Source: Methanothermococcus sp. Ax23
GTDB taxonomy: Archaea; AGJL01; Methanococci; Methanococcales; Methanococcaceae
Assembly: GCF_049075655.1 (NCBI RefSeq)
Contig: NZ_CP157522.1
Coordinates: 1,376,001 to 1,440,000, forward strand
Direction of reading: 5' to 3'
DNA: 64,000 bases
The notes under the pieces were generated by a model. That model made no database searches, was not told the origin of the DNA, and worked only from the letters and a program-made list of their open reading frames with translations. Numbering within the stretch: the first letter of the stretch is position 1; each line of letters begins with the position of its first letter. The translations under genes and the position numbers were made by a program. Of the stretch, positions 31,618 to 42,684 are shown in pieces.

Positions 31618-32412
31618 ATGAAAACGATGCAAAAATATTCGGTATTTGTAAATTGGTTTAAAGATTATGTAAGCAAATATAATTTAGACCCAAAAGACCA
31701 AGAAAACATAAATTTAAAAATTTACCATACTTACCGCGTATGCGATGAAATAACTGATATTGGAAATAGTTTAAACCTAAATGAGCTCGACATGTTTTTA
31801 GCAAAAACTATTGCATTATTCCATGACATCGGAAGATTTGAACAGTATGCAAAATATAAAACATTTTCAGATGCTAAATCCGAAGACCATGCATTATTGG
31901 GTATAAAAATACTATTGGAGAATAATATACTAGGGGAGCTCGACAACTCTCATGTTGAAATAATTATAAATGCAATTAAATATCACAACAAAGCAAAAAT
32001 ACCCAATAACTTAGATGCTAAAAGTTTATTATTTGCAAAACTAATTCGTGATGCAGATAAACTGGATATTTGGCGTGTTGTGATTGATTATTATGAAAAA
32101 AAATCAGACAATGAAAAAATTGGGCTTGGATTTTTGGATGAACCATATATCTCTGATGAAACATACTACGCTGTAAAAAATAAGGAAATTGTGGGATATG
32201 AGAAAGTAAAAACCATCAATGATTTAAAATTGCTCCAAATGGCATGGATTTATGATATAAACTTCCATAGAACCTTTGAAATAATAAAGGAAAGAAATTA
32301 TTTAAAAAGGATATATAATACATTGCCAAAATCTGAAAAAACATATAATATTTATAAAGACATGAAAAACTATCTAAATAATATATTAAAGAATAACATA
32401 AGAAAAAAATGA
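31618..32412 (+). CDS. HD-domain phosphohydrolase
   Basis: HT.RV, FHDIGR, DHA, YHN, RDADKLD. Confidence 0.9.
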   Translation: MKTMQKYSVFVNWFKDYVSKYNLDPKDQENINLKIYHTYRVCDEITDIGNSLNLNELDMFLAKTIALFHDIGRFEQYAKYKTFSDAKSEDHALLGIKILLENNILGELDNSHVEIIINAIKYHNKAKIPNNLDAKSLLFAKLIRDADKLDIWRVVIDYYEKKSDNEKIGLGFLDEPYISDETYYAVKNKEIVGYEKVKTINDLKLLQMAWIYDINFHRTFEIIKERNYLKRIYNTLPKSEKTYNIYKDMKNYLNNILKNNIRKK

Positions 32413-32452
32413 AAAGAAAAAATAAATAAATAAAAATAAATTTGATGATACT

Positions 32453-32839
32453 ATGGATTTATTTCATTCAAAATATAAAACACTAAAATACAATCGAGAT
32501 ATGGTAATTAAAATAAGCGGTGAGCTCTTCCCAGATGAGCTCTGTGAAAGATGTGGTAGGTGTTGCATAGTAAATGTTTTTAAGGATTCGGACGGCGTTC
32601 CTGTAATAATCTACTGTGAGCATTTTGATAAAGAAACGAAACTATGTAGAATATACTACGACAGATTTAAAAAAGAAAAAACCTGCCTATCCATGATGGA
32701 AGCAATAATGGCTCAGGCGTTGCCTAAGGACTGCCCTTATGTAAAAAATTTAAAAAACTACATAGAACCGAGATGCTATGAACTGTTAAGGAGCTATGAA
32801 AAAACAATGAAAAAAGAAATAACCGAAGGGGAAGAGTAA
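32453..32839 (+). CDS. YkgJ/CxxCxxCC cysteine-cluster protein
   Basis: CERCGRCC...C..C.IY..R...C. Confidence 0.85.
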   Translation: MDLFHSKYKTLKYNRDMVIKISGELFPDELCERCGRCCIVNVFKDSDGVPVIIYCEHFDKETKLCRIYYDRFKKEKTCLSMMEAIMAQALPKDCPYVKNLKNYIEPRCYELLRSYEKTMKKEITEGEE

Positions 32840-32843
32840 TAAT

Positions 32844-33578
32844 TTATATACTCGTAAGATACCCCCTGAGCTCGTCAATAGTCATTCTCTCCTTTGCATG
32901 TTCTATTGGTATGATGTATATGAATTTTGGTTTATGGGGCTCCCCTTTTAACCCCAATATTATTACATCAACTTCTGGTTTATTATCATACAATCGTATA
33001 ATTTCATTTATTGGATAGGATTTCTTATAAACGGGATAAACTAATTTATCATTATAATACAGTAAATTATTTTCAAATTTAAGCCCCTTTTCTATCAAGT
33101 ATGTAATGAACCCTTTTGTTTCTGAATCTTCTGGAATAATCTTAATACCATCTTCTTCAATTGCTATTGGAGGTATTTCTTTTATCATATTATTGTCTTT
33201 ATCATCTTTATTATTATCTTTTACAGATATTGTTAATTTGCTTTCTTCTGGCTTTTGTCCTTTCTTTTTATTTTGTATTCCCTGTTTTTTCTCCTTTTCG
33301 GATTCTATTGAAATGGATTTTGCAAAATGTATTTTTACCTCTCCGTTTTGTGATTCATTCTTTATTTTTATTTTCTTCTTATTAATATTCTTTATAAATT
33401 CTTTAATAGATTTTTTAAACTTTCTATATCCTAAATAAATCAATATCAATAATACTGCTCCGATGAATAGGGGCGATAGAAGTATTGCCAAAATCATTAG
33501 TAAAGTGAGCAGTAATAATATAGCAATAATCCCAGAAACCCCATCTAATCGATATACTTTAAACATATTATCACACAT
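32844..33578 (-). CDS. Hypothetical membrane protein
   Basis: N-terminal TM helices, 244-aa ORF. Confidence 0.7.
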   Translation of the reverse strand: MCDNMFKVYRLDGVSGIIAILLLLTLLMILAILLSPLFIGAVLLILIYLGYRKFKKSIKEFIKNINKKKIKIKNESQNGEVKIHFAKSISIESEKEKKQGIQNKKKGQKPEESKLTISVKDNNKDDKDNNMIKEIPPIAIEEDGIKIIPEDSETKGFITYLIEKGLKFENNLLYYNDKLVYPVYKKSYPINEIIRLYDNKPEVDVIILGLKGEPHKPKFIYIIPIEHAKERMTIDELRGYLTSI

Positions 33579-33605
33579 TAACTTAATATTTATATTTATA
33601 TAAAT

Positions 33606-34580
33606 CTAAAACCACGATTCAAGAGTGGTTTGGCTTTTTTTCTTATTGACCATTTTTTCCAGTTTTTTAATAGATGGCATAATTCTATCCTCTGAAAAAT
33701 CATTCTCTTCAATTAAAAATTCTTTTAATCCTTCAATGTCGGGAGCTCCCAATTTCAAATCATAATCATCAGTTATTTTTGGATTTTTAAATATATTTTT
33801 TATCACTTCATAGTTATCAATATCCTTTATATACTCTTCCATTTTATTGTTTTTTACTATATCTAATGCTTTTTTAGGACCAATTCCCTTAATGCCCCCC
33901 ATGTTATAATCCGTTCCAATCAATATTGCCATATCTATGAGATTATCAAGTGATATATTTAGAGCTCCTAAAACTTCATCCAATTCAATTAACTCCACTG
34001 GTTTGTTTGATGCCGTGATGTTTCTAACAGTTCTCGGAGCTCCGTATAATAGGGCATCGTAATCCTGACTTACAACCGCATAGGCATCTCCTTTTTTTAC
34101 CATGTATGAGCACTGTGCCTCTCCTTCTGATGGTGCATTTATGTAAGGAATTCCCATTAAATCTAAAAGCTTTTTTGAATTTTCAACAACCTTTGGTTCT
34201 AAATAATTGATTCTTTTTGCATATTTCTGCATGTCTTCTACATTCCCTTCCTCTTTTGCCTTTATATAGTCATCCAGTGCTTTTTCCTTTACCTTTTTTC
34301 TTTCCTCTCTTGTTTTAGTTTTTAATTCCGGCGGTTTTCCATCAAATACCCACACCGGCGTAATGTCATTTTCAAGCATATATACATTCTTATAAAATAT
34401 ACCGTTGTATGTTGAAGTGATTTCCCCTTTTGAATTCCTAAGGGGGCTTCCATCCCTTAACCTTATACTTGATAGAAATTGATATAATATGTTCATGGAA
34501 TCAATTGCTATGGTTTTATTCTTTAAATCCTTTAACGATATTTCTTTTTTTGGGATTAATTCATTAAACTGCACTCCCAT
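33606..34580 (-). CDS. fen: Flap endonuclease 1
   Basis: MGV start, YQFL, APSEGEAQ, SQDYD, GTDY, PIP box QTTLESWF. Confidence 0.97.
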   Translation of the reverse strand: MGVQFNELIPKKEISLKDLKNKTIAIDSMNILYQFLSSIRLRDGSPLRNSKGEITSTYNGIFYKNVYMLENDITPVWVFDGKPPELKTKTREERKKVKEKALDDYIKAKEEGNVEDMQKYAKRINYLEPKVVENSKKLLDLMGIPYINAPSEGEAQCSYMVKKGDAYAVVSQDYDALLYGAPRTVRNITASNKPVELIELDEVLGALNISLDNLIDMAILIGTDYNMGGIKGIGPKKALDIVKNNKMEEYIKDIDNYEVIKNIFKNPKITDDYDLKLGAPDIEGLKEFLIEENDFSEDRIMPSIKKLEKMVNKKKSQTTLESWF

Positions 34581-34773
34581 TTTATTCACCAAGATGTTTG
34601 TTAAATTCATAAAAATATGGTTTTTTGATTATTATCAGTAGTAAATTATAATTAAATTATAACATAACCTAAATTTCGTTTAAATTTCTTATTTTTTCCT
34701 TTAAATAGCATACTGAGCTCTAAATGTATGATAAAAATATTATAAATTATTATATTATTATTTATACTCATCA

Positions 34774-36027
34774 TTATATAATTATCTTCCCATTCATTAA
34801 CAAAGGCGGTGAAATAAGCTTTCCACGCTGTTCTACCCTATCCAATGGAATGGCATCTTTAAGAATTTCAAATATGTTTCCAGAAAGCATACCTTTTTTA
34901 ACTGGTATTTTTTCACCGTTTTTTACTATGTAGCTGTTGCTTATTTCAACTGAAAAGTCCCCGGTAATAGGATTTGAAGTATGGCATCCAATAAGCCCAT
35001 TTATATATAAATATTCGTCAAAATTATCGATTTTTTCAACTGGTTCTATTATAAAGTTTGAAGCTGAAACACTTGGCAAACTGCTGTATCCTCTCATTCC
35101 GTTTCCTGTGGATTCCTTTCCTTCGATATTCGCCCTTTTTATGTCATATAAATAGTTCTTTAAAACACCATCTTCCACAAGAACAGTTCTTTTTGTTGGT
35201 GTTCCTTCACCATCAACTTTGGCAGAATATAAACCATTGTCCAGAGCTCCGTCATCAATGATATTAATGTTCTCCCCAAATATTTCTTCTCCAATTTTTC
35301 CAGCAAGAACAGACCTGTTTCTCTGGACATTCTCAGCATTGAAGGATGGTATAAGCGTATATCCTAAAAGAGAACTTAACGCCCTTGTGGTTAATACAAT
35401 ATTTCCTTCGTATTCGGTTTTAATGCTCTTTGGTAGTGTCAGTAGTTCTTTAACGGTATTTGCTATTTCTTCAACATTAAATTTATAGGTTCTTGTTAAA
35501 TAATCATAAGCTGTTTCGTTGTCTTTTATTCCAGAAATTGATGCTGAATAGTGTGTAAATTCCTCTTCAACATCCAATCCTTTTGAATTTACTATTCTAT
35601 TGTATTCATAGGATTTACTTACGCCTCCGCCTGTAATGGTAATGCCACTTTCCGCCAATATATCTTTCATGGTGATTAAATCATCTATAAGCTCTTTTTC
35701 ATCCATATTTATAATATCTTTGTAAAACATCCCCTTTGGATTTGGATATTTTTCTGCGAGCTCCGGGAAGTTGGTATATTCATCGGGAACAAGGTTTTCC
35801 ATAGCTTTATAAATTACCTTTTCATTTTCTTCCGATGAAAATGCAAAGCCAATTTTTTTATCCTTTAATACCCTTACACCAATGCCGAAATCCTTATTTT
35901 CTTCCACACTGTCTAAACTATCTCCATCTAAATCTGCACTTGTGCTGTCTGATTTTGATAAAAAAATATCTACTTCAAAACCGTTTTTTTCTCCGATTTT
36001 TAATATTTTATCTATTAAATGTTCCAT
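34774..36027 (-). CDS. TldD/PmbA family protein (PmbA/TldE-like)
   Basis: DGEGTP, STGNG, N..TGDFS. Confidence 0.9.
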   Translation of the reverse strand: MEHLIDKILKIGEKNGFEVDIFLSKSDSTSADLDGDSLDSVEENKDFGIGVRVLKDKKIGFAFSSEENEKVIYKAMENLVPDEYTNFPELAEKYPNPKGMFYKDIINMDEKELIDDLITMKDILAESGITITGGGVSKSYEYNRIVNSKGLDVEEEFTHYSASISGIKDNETAYDYLTRTYKFNVEEIANTVKELLTLPKSIKTEYEGNIVLTTRALSSLLGYTLIPSFNAENVQRNRSVLAGKIGEEIFGENINIIDDGALDNGLYSAKVDGEGTPTKRTVLVEDGVLKNYLYDIKRANIEGKESTGNGMRGYSSLPSVSASNFIIEPVEKIDNFDEYLYINGLIGCHTSNPITGDFSVEISNSYIVKNGEKIPVKKGMLSGNIFEILKDAIPLDRVEQRGKLISPPLLMNGKIII

Positions 36028-36110
36028 AATTACACCTAAAAATCTTTTAAAAAATAAAAAAGAAAAAATAAAATTTTTATAAAAAATAATAAATAAAGTA
36101 TTAATAAAAA

Positions 36111-37361
36111 TTATTCAAATACAAACTCAATTTCTGACAGTCTTCTTTTTACTTCATTTAATATTCTGTCTTCTTCTTCCTCTGATACTTCTCCATCTTT
36201 AAATGCTGGGAAACATGCCGCTAATCTTACAAAGCTTCCTGCATCATCCCATGGAACTGTTGAAATTAGCTTTTCTTTTATTAAATACTGTGAGAACTCC
36301 TCAGCGTTGTTGAATACGATGCCGTCCTTTGTTCCTTTTGGTATTTTTAAGTATAGATAGAATGTTCCGCCCGGCATTTTAGCATCAAATCCTAATTCAT
36401 TGAATATCTCTACCATCTTTTTTAATCTTCTTTCGTATTTCTGTCTTGTTCTTTCGGTGATTTCTGGATGCTTTAAACAGTATATTCCTGCCTTTTGAAT
36501 TGGTATAAACTGACCACTATCGAAATTATCCTTAACTGTTGCAAAACCTTTTACTATTAACTCGTTTCCAACTACAAATGCCAATCTCCAACCTGTCATG
36601 TTGTATGCCTTTGAGAAACTGTGGATTTCCACACCAACATCCTTTGCACCATCTACTGATAAAAATGATAATGGCTTACCGTTGTAGGTGAGAGCTCCGT
36701 AAGCTGCATCCTGAACAACAATTATGTTGTTTTCTTTTGCAAATTCAACAACTTCCTTGTAAAATTCCACAGTTGCCTGAGCTCCGGTGGGGTTGTTTGG
36801 GTAGTTTAAGTATAATATTTTTGCCCTCTTTTTTACGTCCTCTGGGATGCTTTCTAAATCTGGTAAAAATCCATTTTCTTCAAGCAATGGGAGTTTATAA
36901 ACTTCTCCACCATACCATTCTGTGTGTGTGGCAGTTACTGGATAACCTGGAACAGTCATAAGTGTAATATCTCCCGGATTTATGAAAACTGATGTAATGT
37001 ATGCCAATGCTGGTTTTGAGCCAATTGAGTGTATTACTTCATTTACTGGGTCAATACCTTTAACGCCATATACATTTTCCATATATTCAACAACAGCATC
37101 CTTTAACTCTTGAATTCCGTTGTCTGCGTATCCTCTGTTTTCGTGTTTTTTCGCCTCTTCATATAATGTTTCTATTACTTCTGGGTCTGCCATTTCGTCA
37201 GGTTCCCCAACTCCCATGTCTATCAATTCAACATCTGGAAACCTTTTTTTTGCTTCCATCTTTGCTCTTTTTATCTTTTCAAACTTGTAAATTACATCCT
37301 CTTTACCGAAATTTTTTCCTCCAATTCTCTCAGCAAATAGATTTTGAATATAGCTTTCCAT
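36111..37361 (-). CDS. dapL: LL-diaminopimelate aminotransferase
   Basis: GVGEPD, GSK.AL, NYPNNPTG, DAAY, SFSKAYNMTGWR. Confidence 0.88.
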   Translation of the reverse strand: MESYIQNLFAERIGGKNFGKEDVIYKFEKIKRAKMEAKKRFPDVELIDMGVGEPDEMADPEVIETLYEEAKKHENRGYADNGIQELKDAVVEYMENVYGVKGIDPVNEVIHSIGSKPALAYITSVFINPGDITLMTVPGYPVTATHTEWYGGEVYKLPLLEENGFLPDLESIPEDVKKRAKILYLNYPNNPTGAQATVEFYKEVVEFAKENNIIVVQDAAYGALTYNGKPLSFLSVDGAKDVGVEIHSFSKAYNMTGWRLAFVVGNELIVKGFATVKDNFDSGQFIPIQKAGIYCLKHPEITERTRQKYERRLKKMVEIFNELGFDAKMPGGTFYLYLKIPKGTKDGIVFNNAEEFSQYLIKEKLISTVPWDDAGSFVRLAACFPAFKDGEVSEEEEDRILNEVKRRLSEIEFVFE

Positions 37362-37529
37362 ATTAACACCTTATTTTAATTTTATTATAGGATTTGTTAT
37401 GTTATTTTATTAATTATATTATTTTTTATTAATTTTACTATTCTTATAATATTATATTTCTATTTTTTTATGTTGTATTTAATTATATATTTATTTATAA
37501 AATTTAAATATCATCATTGTTTTATTATA

Positions 37530-38571
37530 ACCTTAGTTCCCATCAAACATATAACTATATAAATGTAGTAGCAATAATCCAATAAAAAAGGAGATAAAAA
37601 TATGTTTATGTTTCCATTTTTAGCAAGTTGGATAAAGTGTAGTAGTAATAATCTAATAAAAAAGGAGATAAAAATGAAAAAATCAAAGGTTCCTAATATT
37701 AAGCGTTTGATTCAAATTATGCGTTCCAAATTTTATCCAATTATAAGGAGGTATGAATCACCATACCTCCGCAGAGAAATTATATCGCTCTTGGACTTAA
37801 TAATCTTTTCGGTTTTATGTATGATATACTTCTCAGGAGTATATAAGAGAGGGTACGAAATTTTAATAGATGCTTTTGAATTATTTCCAAAAATAAGATA
37901 TAACAAACTGGTTGAACGGATAAATAGGTATGAATCTTTATTATTTAAAATTCAAAAAACATTTCTGAATAAGAACTGCCTATTGTTTATAGATACGATT
38001 CCAATTGAAACTAAGCAGATTATAAGAAAGAACAGGCATGAAAAAATTGGATACTCAGAAATCATTAAAAAAGGGGTGCAGTTGGATACAATTCTTCAAA
38101 AAAACGCTGGTATTTTGGATATAAAGCTACCGTTATTACAGACGAGGCTCACTTGTATCTACTGTATATTACACCTGCCAATCAGCATGATTTAGATATC
38201 TTAAAAGAAAACCACAAAGAATTTATTAAAGAATTCAGTTATTGCAGTATTATAGGAGATAAGGGTTATATCTCCGAGTATTTTAAAAACCAGTTAAGAC
38301 ATAACCATGTCTATTTAGACAGTATAAAACGAAGAAATATGCTTAAATCCTTCACAGAAAAGATAAAATACCGTAGATTAAATAAGTTAAGAAGGATAAT
38401 TGAAACAAACTTCTCAAAGTTTGTTGAGAAGTTTCCAAAACATATTAGGGCAGTAAGTAAGAATGGTTTAAGTGTTAAACTCTTACTCTTCACAATTGCT
38501 TATAATATTGAAATATTAAATGAAGTTAATTTATATTAATAAATATTTAAGTATGTGATGGGAACTACGGT
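37530..38571 (+). mobile_element. IS982-family element, 1042 bp
   Basis: TIRs ACCTTAGTTCCCATCA / TGATGGGAACTACGGT (1 mismatch); 7-bp TSD TATTATA. Confidence 0.9.
37674..38539 (+). pseudogene. IS982 transposase split by a -1 frameshift near 38067-38076
   Basis: ORF1 has IDTIPI; the -1 frame continues GAVGYNSSKKRWYFGYK...GDKGY...RRIIETNFS. Confidence 0.82.
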
Positions 38572-38688
38572 TATTATATTAATTGTAGTTATACCGCACA
38601 TATAATTTTTTTATAATTTTTTTATAATTTGTATTCTTGTATTATAATCTTGTATTATAATTAATATAATATTAATATCGGTGAAATT

Positions 38689-40122
38689 ATGAAGATTGTA
38701 GTCGTAGGTGGGGGAACATCGGGTTTGTTATCCGCCCTAGCACTTGAAAAGAAAGGTCATGATGTAATAGTCCTTGAAAAAGATAAAATTGGCGGATTAT
38801 GTAGAAGCGAGCATATAGATGGTTATACTGTTGATATTGGAGTTCATGCCATTACTATGTTAAATGATGGACCGTTGATAAGGTTGTTAAAAAAATATTC
38901 AAAATATCTTCCAAATTTTAGACCTTATGGGGATTATTATATCAGAACTGATAAATTACATAATATACCTGTGTCTATGCAGGAATGGACAACCACCCCA
39001 ATAGTCCCAAACAGGGATAAGATTTTAATTACCACAAAAATAATAGATTTGATGACAAGTGGTTTTTCAAAGGAAACTTCTGTTTATGATGTAATTAAGG
39101 ATATGAATTTAAGCAAAACATCAATTGATTTTTTTGATACAATATGTTATTTTTTAAGTGGGGAAGATGCTAAAAAAACACCACTGTGGAGATTATTCAC
39201 CGGTGCAGGATATATACCAGAAGATGACATATTGCCTTTTATATATGAAGATTTAAAAATAAACCCATTAAAAACCGTATTATTCAAAAAATTTAACAGA
39301 AATAAAATTATGGACATATTAAACGCTGGTTTTTTATCATCCATAAAAAGTGGTTCTAAAAGATATATCAATAAATTTATAAATAAAAACAGATACTGGA
39401 CTCAGGGTTATCCTCTCGGAGGAGTTCAATCCATTTGTAATTGTATATTGTATTCCTTAGATAAAACTGATATAAAACAGGAAGAAGTTAAAAAAATCAT
39501 TGAAACGAGCAATAAAAATAATAAAAATAATAAAAATGGCTATATTGTTAAAACCAATAAAAACAGCTATTATGCGGATGTTGTGATATATTCCGCTCCA
39601 TCTAGATTACTCCCAGATATTGCAAAAATACCTGAAATTCAAAAAAATAAACACAATTTAAAAAATATAAAATTCACAGAATCATTAACTGTTTGGATAG
39701 GTCATGAAGAGAACCCATTCCCATATATGGGTTCAGAGGTTTGGATAGATTATCCGTGCTGGGCAACATGCACCTCAAATTACGATAAAAGTTTAGCACC
39801 AGATGGAAAACATTTGCTGGGATTCTCTTTTGTTAATACAAAAAAAGAGGATGCTTTGAATATTATAGAAAATAAATTAAATCTAAATCTAAGTAAAGCG
39901 GATATGATTCATTTTCAGGAGCATATTCCTGAGCAGGCATCCTGTGCAGTTAATCAATTCTTTGTTTATCCAAAAGTGAGGGATAATTTTTATGTAGTTG
40001 GAACAGATGCCGACCCAAGAAGTATGGGTATTACAAGAGCTGCATATTCTGTTGAGGTAATGTTATCAGAGTTCGAAAATACATTCAGCAAAAATAACAA
40101 TAATGATAAAGAACAGCAATAA
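38689..40122 (+). CDS. Phytoene desaturase (CrtI)-like FAD-dependent oxidoreductase
   Basis: VVGGGTSGL, GG.CRS...GY.VD.G.H, YP.GG, S..D.SLAP.GKHL. Confidence 0.8.
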   Translation: MKIVVVGGGTSGLLSALALEKKGHDVIVLEKDKIGGLCRSEHIDGYTVDIGVHAITMLNDGPLIRLLKKYSKYLPNFRPYGDYYIRTDKLHNIPVSMQEWTTTPIVPNRDKILITTKIIDLMTSGFSKETSVYDVIKDMNLSKTSIDFFDTICYFLSGEDAKKTPLWRLFTGAGYIPEDDILPFIYEDLKINPLKTVLFKKFNRNKIMDILNAGFLSSIKSGSKRYINKFINKNRYWTQGYPLGGVQSICNCILYSLDKTDIKQEEVKKIIETSNKNNKNNKNGYIVKTNKNSYYADVVIYSAPSRLLPDIAKIPEIQKNKHNLKNIKFTESLTVWIGHEENPFPYMGSEVWIDYPCWATCTSNYDKSLAPDGKHLLGFSFVNTKKEDALNIIENKLNLNLSKADMIHFQEHIPEQASCAVNQFFVYPKVRDNFYVVGTDADPRSMGITRAAYSVEVMLSEFENTFSKNNNNDKEQQ

Positions 40123-40234
40123 TAACGAAAATAACAAGGATAAAATTAAATTAGATAAAAAATTAATATAAAATAAAATATAAAAAATAAATAAAAGATA
40201 AAAAAGAAAAAGAAAAAATAAAAACGGTGATATT

Positions 40235-40786
40235 GTGAAATTATTAGAGGATACCTTAAAATCATGCCCAATTGTAAAAAGAGGAATATATAACTACTTC
40301 ATACATCCAATATCTGATGGAGTTCCTGTGATGAATCCTCAGTTATTGAGGGAAGTGGCAACAAAAATTATAAAAATTGCCGATATGGATGTCGATAAAA
40401 TAGTTACGGCTGAAGCCATGGGAATACCAATTGTAACTGCAATATCTCTATATACAGATATTCCTTATGTAATCATGAGGAAAAGGGAATATTTACTTGA
40501 AGGGGAAATACCTGTTCATCAGGAGACTGGATACAGTAAAGGCGAATTATATTTAAATGGAATAAATAAGGGGGATAAAGTTTTGATAATTGATGATGTC
40601 CTATCCACAGGCGGAACAATGGTTGCAATAATCAAAGCCTTGGAAAGAGCAGGAGCTCACATAAAAGATATTGTTTGTGTAATTGAAAGAGGAAACGGTA
40701 AGGAAGAGGTAAAGGAAAAAACAGGTTATGACATAAAAACTCTTGTTAAAATAGATGTAGTAGATGGAAAAGTTATGATTTTATAA
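40235..40786 (+). CDS. hpt: Hypoxanthine/guanine phosphoribosyltransferase (archaeal APRT-like)
   Basis: [24 protein letters not shown]. Confidence 0.85.
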   Translation: MKLLEDTLKSCPIVKRGIYNYFIHPISDGVPVMNPQLLREVATKIIKIADMDVDKIVTAEAMGIPIVTAISLYTDIPYVIMRKREYLLEGEIPVHQETGYSKGELYLNGINKGDKVLIIDDVLSTGGTMVAIIKALERAGAHIKDIVCVIERGNGKEEVKEKTGYDIKTLVKIDVVDGKVMIL

Positions 40787-40829
40787 AATGATTAAATAAT
40801 AATTAAAATAAATTATTTTTTGGGATTCT

Positions 40830-41546
40830 ATGGACACTATGAGGATATTAGACATAGATTTGGATTTTTTCCTAAACAAAATAGTGTTTTGGAAAAAGGA
40901 CAATAAACGATTAAATGAAAAAGAATATATCCCCTGGAAAAAAGAAAAATTAACTGACTTTTTAGAAAATCAGTGTGGATTATCAACAAATAATAAAATC
41001 AAAGGGAGAATCATTAAAAAACATCATGAGGCATTTTACTTTTGGAAGGAGCTCATACACAAAAACGAACTTACCACACCATTTGAGGTTGTGCATGTTG
41101 ATGCCCATGCTGACTTGGGATTGGGGGATATGTCATATAAATATATCATGGAGGAGCTCCTTCATAAACCTGTAAATGAAAGGGATAGTCCTAATCCAAA
41201 ACACATTTGTGAAGGAAATTATTTGGCATTTTCAATTGCAAATAGGTGGATAGGTAAATTAACATACATCACCCATCCAAAAGGTGGAAATGACCTTTTA
41301 AAAGAGCATTTTATGAATTACGACATAAACAGTGGATACATACAAATGAAGAAAATGAAGGATGCAGATAATCCTGACAGCATCCTATCTCTTGAACCAA
41401 AGGTAAAGTTTGAAAAAATAGCCCTTGCAGATTTTAAGGATACGGGGGATTTTAACTATATTGTGTTGGCAATTTCACCGCGATATACTCCAAAACGGGC
41501 AGATGCACTTATACCAATATTTAAAAAATATATTGATGAAATATAA
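40830..41546 (+). CDS. UPF0489-like protein
   Basis: LDIDLDFF, HH, HVDAHADL, SP.Y. Confidence 0.7.
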   Translation: MDTMRILDIDLDFFLNKIVFWKKDNKRLNEKEYIPWKKEKLTDFLENQCGLSTNNKIKGRIIKKHHEAFYFWKELIHKNELTTPFEVVHVDAHADLGLGDMSYKYIMEELLHKPVNERDSPNPKHICEGNYLAFSIANRWIGKLTYITHPKGGNDLLKEHFMNYDINSGYIQMKKMKDADNPDSILSLEPKVKFEKIALADFKDTGDFNYIVLAISPRYTPKRADALIPIFKKYIDEI

Positions 41547-41681
41547 GATTAATATAATTTAATAGGTTTATAACTTAATAGTTTTAATATTTATTTATAA
41601 TTTTAATAATTATTTTGGCATGCAATTTAAAAAGATAAAAGAAAATATTTAATAAAAAATTAAAGTTAAATTTGTGATACT

Positions 41682-42296
41682 ATGACATTGAATATAAATC
41701 CAACAAAGATAATCTGCGTAGGTTTAAATTATATAGACCATGCGAAAGAATTGAATATGGAAATTCCAGAAGAGCCAATTATATTCCTAAAACCAACATC
41801 TTCAATAATATATAACAACGATAAAATAATTATGCCGAAACAATCAAATAGGGTGGATTATGAGGTAGAGCTCGCAGTGGTAATTGGTAAAAAATGTAAA
41901 AATGTAAAAAAAGAAGATGCACTAAATTACATTAAGGGATACACCATACTAAACGACATAACAGCAAGAGACCTTCAAGAAAAGGATGGACAATGGACTA
42001 GGGCAAAATCATTTGACACATTCTGCCCAATAGGTCCAAAAATAGTTAAAAACATCGATTCACATAATCTAAACATTCAGTTAAAAGTGAATGGGGAAAT
42101 AAAACAAAAGTCTAACACAAAAAATATGATTTTTACCGTTGAAGAATTGATAGAATTCATATCCTCCATTATGACATTATATCCCGATGATGTAATTTCA
42201 ACGGGAACTCCTCCAGGTGTCGGAAAATTAAATAATGGAGATATTGTTGAGGCAGAAATTGAAAATATAGGAATTTTGAGAAATTATGTAGTCTGA
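41682..42296 (+). CDS. Fumarylacetoacetate hydrolase family protein
   Basis: GLNY..H, DYEVEL, ND.TARD, KSFDTF.P.GP, TGTP.G. Confidence 0.93.
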   Translation: MTLNINPTKIICVGLNYIDHAKELNMEIPEEPIIFLKPTSSIIYNNDKIIMPKQSNRVDYEVELAVVIGKKCKNVKKEDALNYIKGYTILNDITARDLQEKDGQWTRAKSFDTFCPIGPKIVKNIDSHNLNIQLKVNGEIKQKSNTKNMIFTVEELIEFISSIMTLYPDDVISTGTPPGVGKLNNGDIVEAEIENIGILRNYVV

Positions 42297-42381
42297 CCCA
42301 CTCCAACGAATAAATTCGTTGGGTTCATTTGTGGAGTTTAACCTTACAATAGTGGCCAAGCCCCTGCCCTTACTCATTAAT
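42293..42381 (-). mobile_element. Right-end fragment of an IS200/IS605-derived element
   Basis: Homologous to the 3' part of 42402-42684; GAAC-hairpin...TCAG end. Confidence 0.8.
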
Positions 42382-42401
42382 GTATTAAATAATTTATTTA
42401 C

Positions 42402-42684
42402 GATAAACCGCCGAGAAAGCCAACGACTTTAGTCGTTGGATGAAAGGCGCACATTATATAATCGTAAATAGTAAAATATAAATATGTGAATTCCCATAGT
42501 AAGTAATGCTGCCAGTCCAAGTTCTAATGGGTAGGGTTAGTGAAAACTCTATCGCTGGTAGTGTTTGGAGATTCAAAAGGTAGCCCTGAACCCATTAATG
42601 GGTAGGGGTAGTGGGCTTGGCCACCCTTGTAGGGTTAAACCCTGCTAAAAGAACCCCACGACTTCAGTCGTGGGAGTAGGTCAG
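42402..42684 (+). mobile_element. ORF-less IS200/IS605-derived element with omegaRNA-like structured body
   Basis: Follows TTAC; left-end AAAG plus hairpin CCAACGAC-TTTA-GTCGTTGG; right-end GAAC plus hairpin CCCACGAC-TTCA-GTCGTGGG then TCAG; second copy at 47541-47915. Confidence 0.85.
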
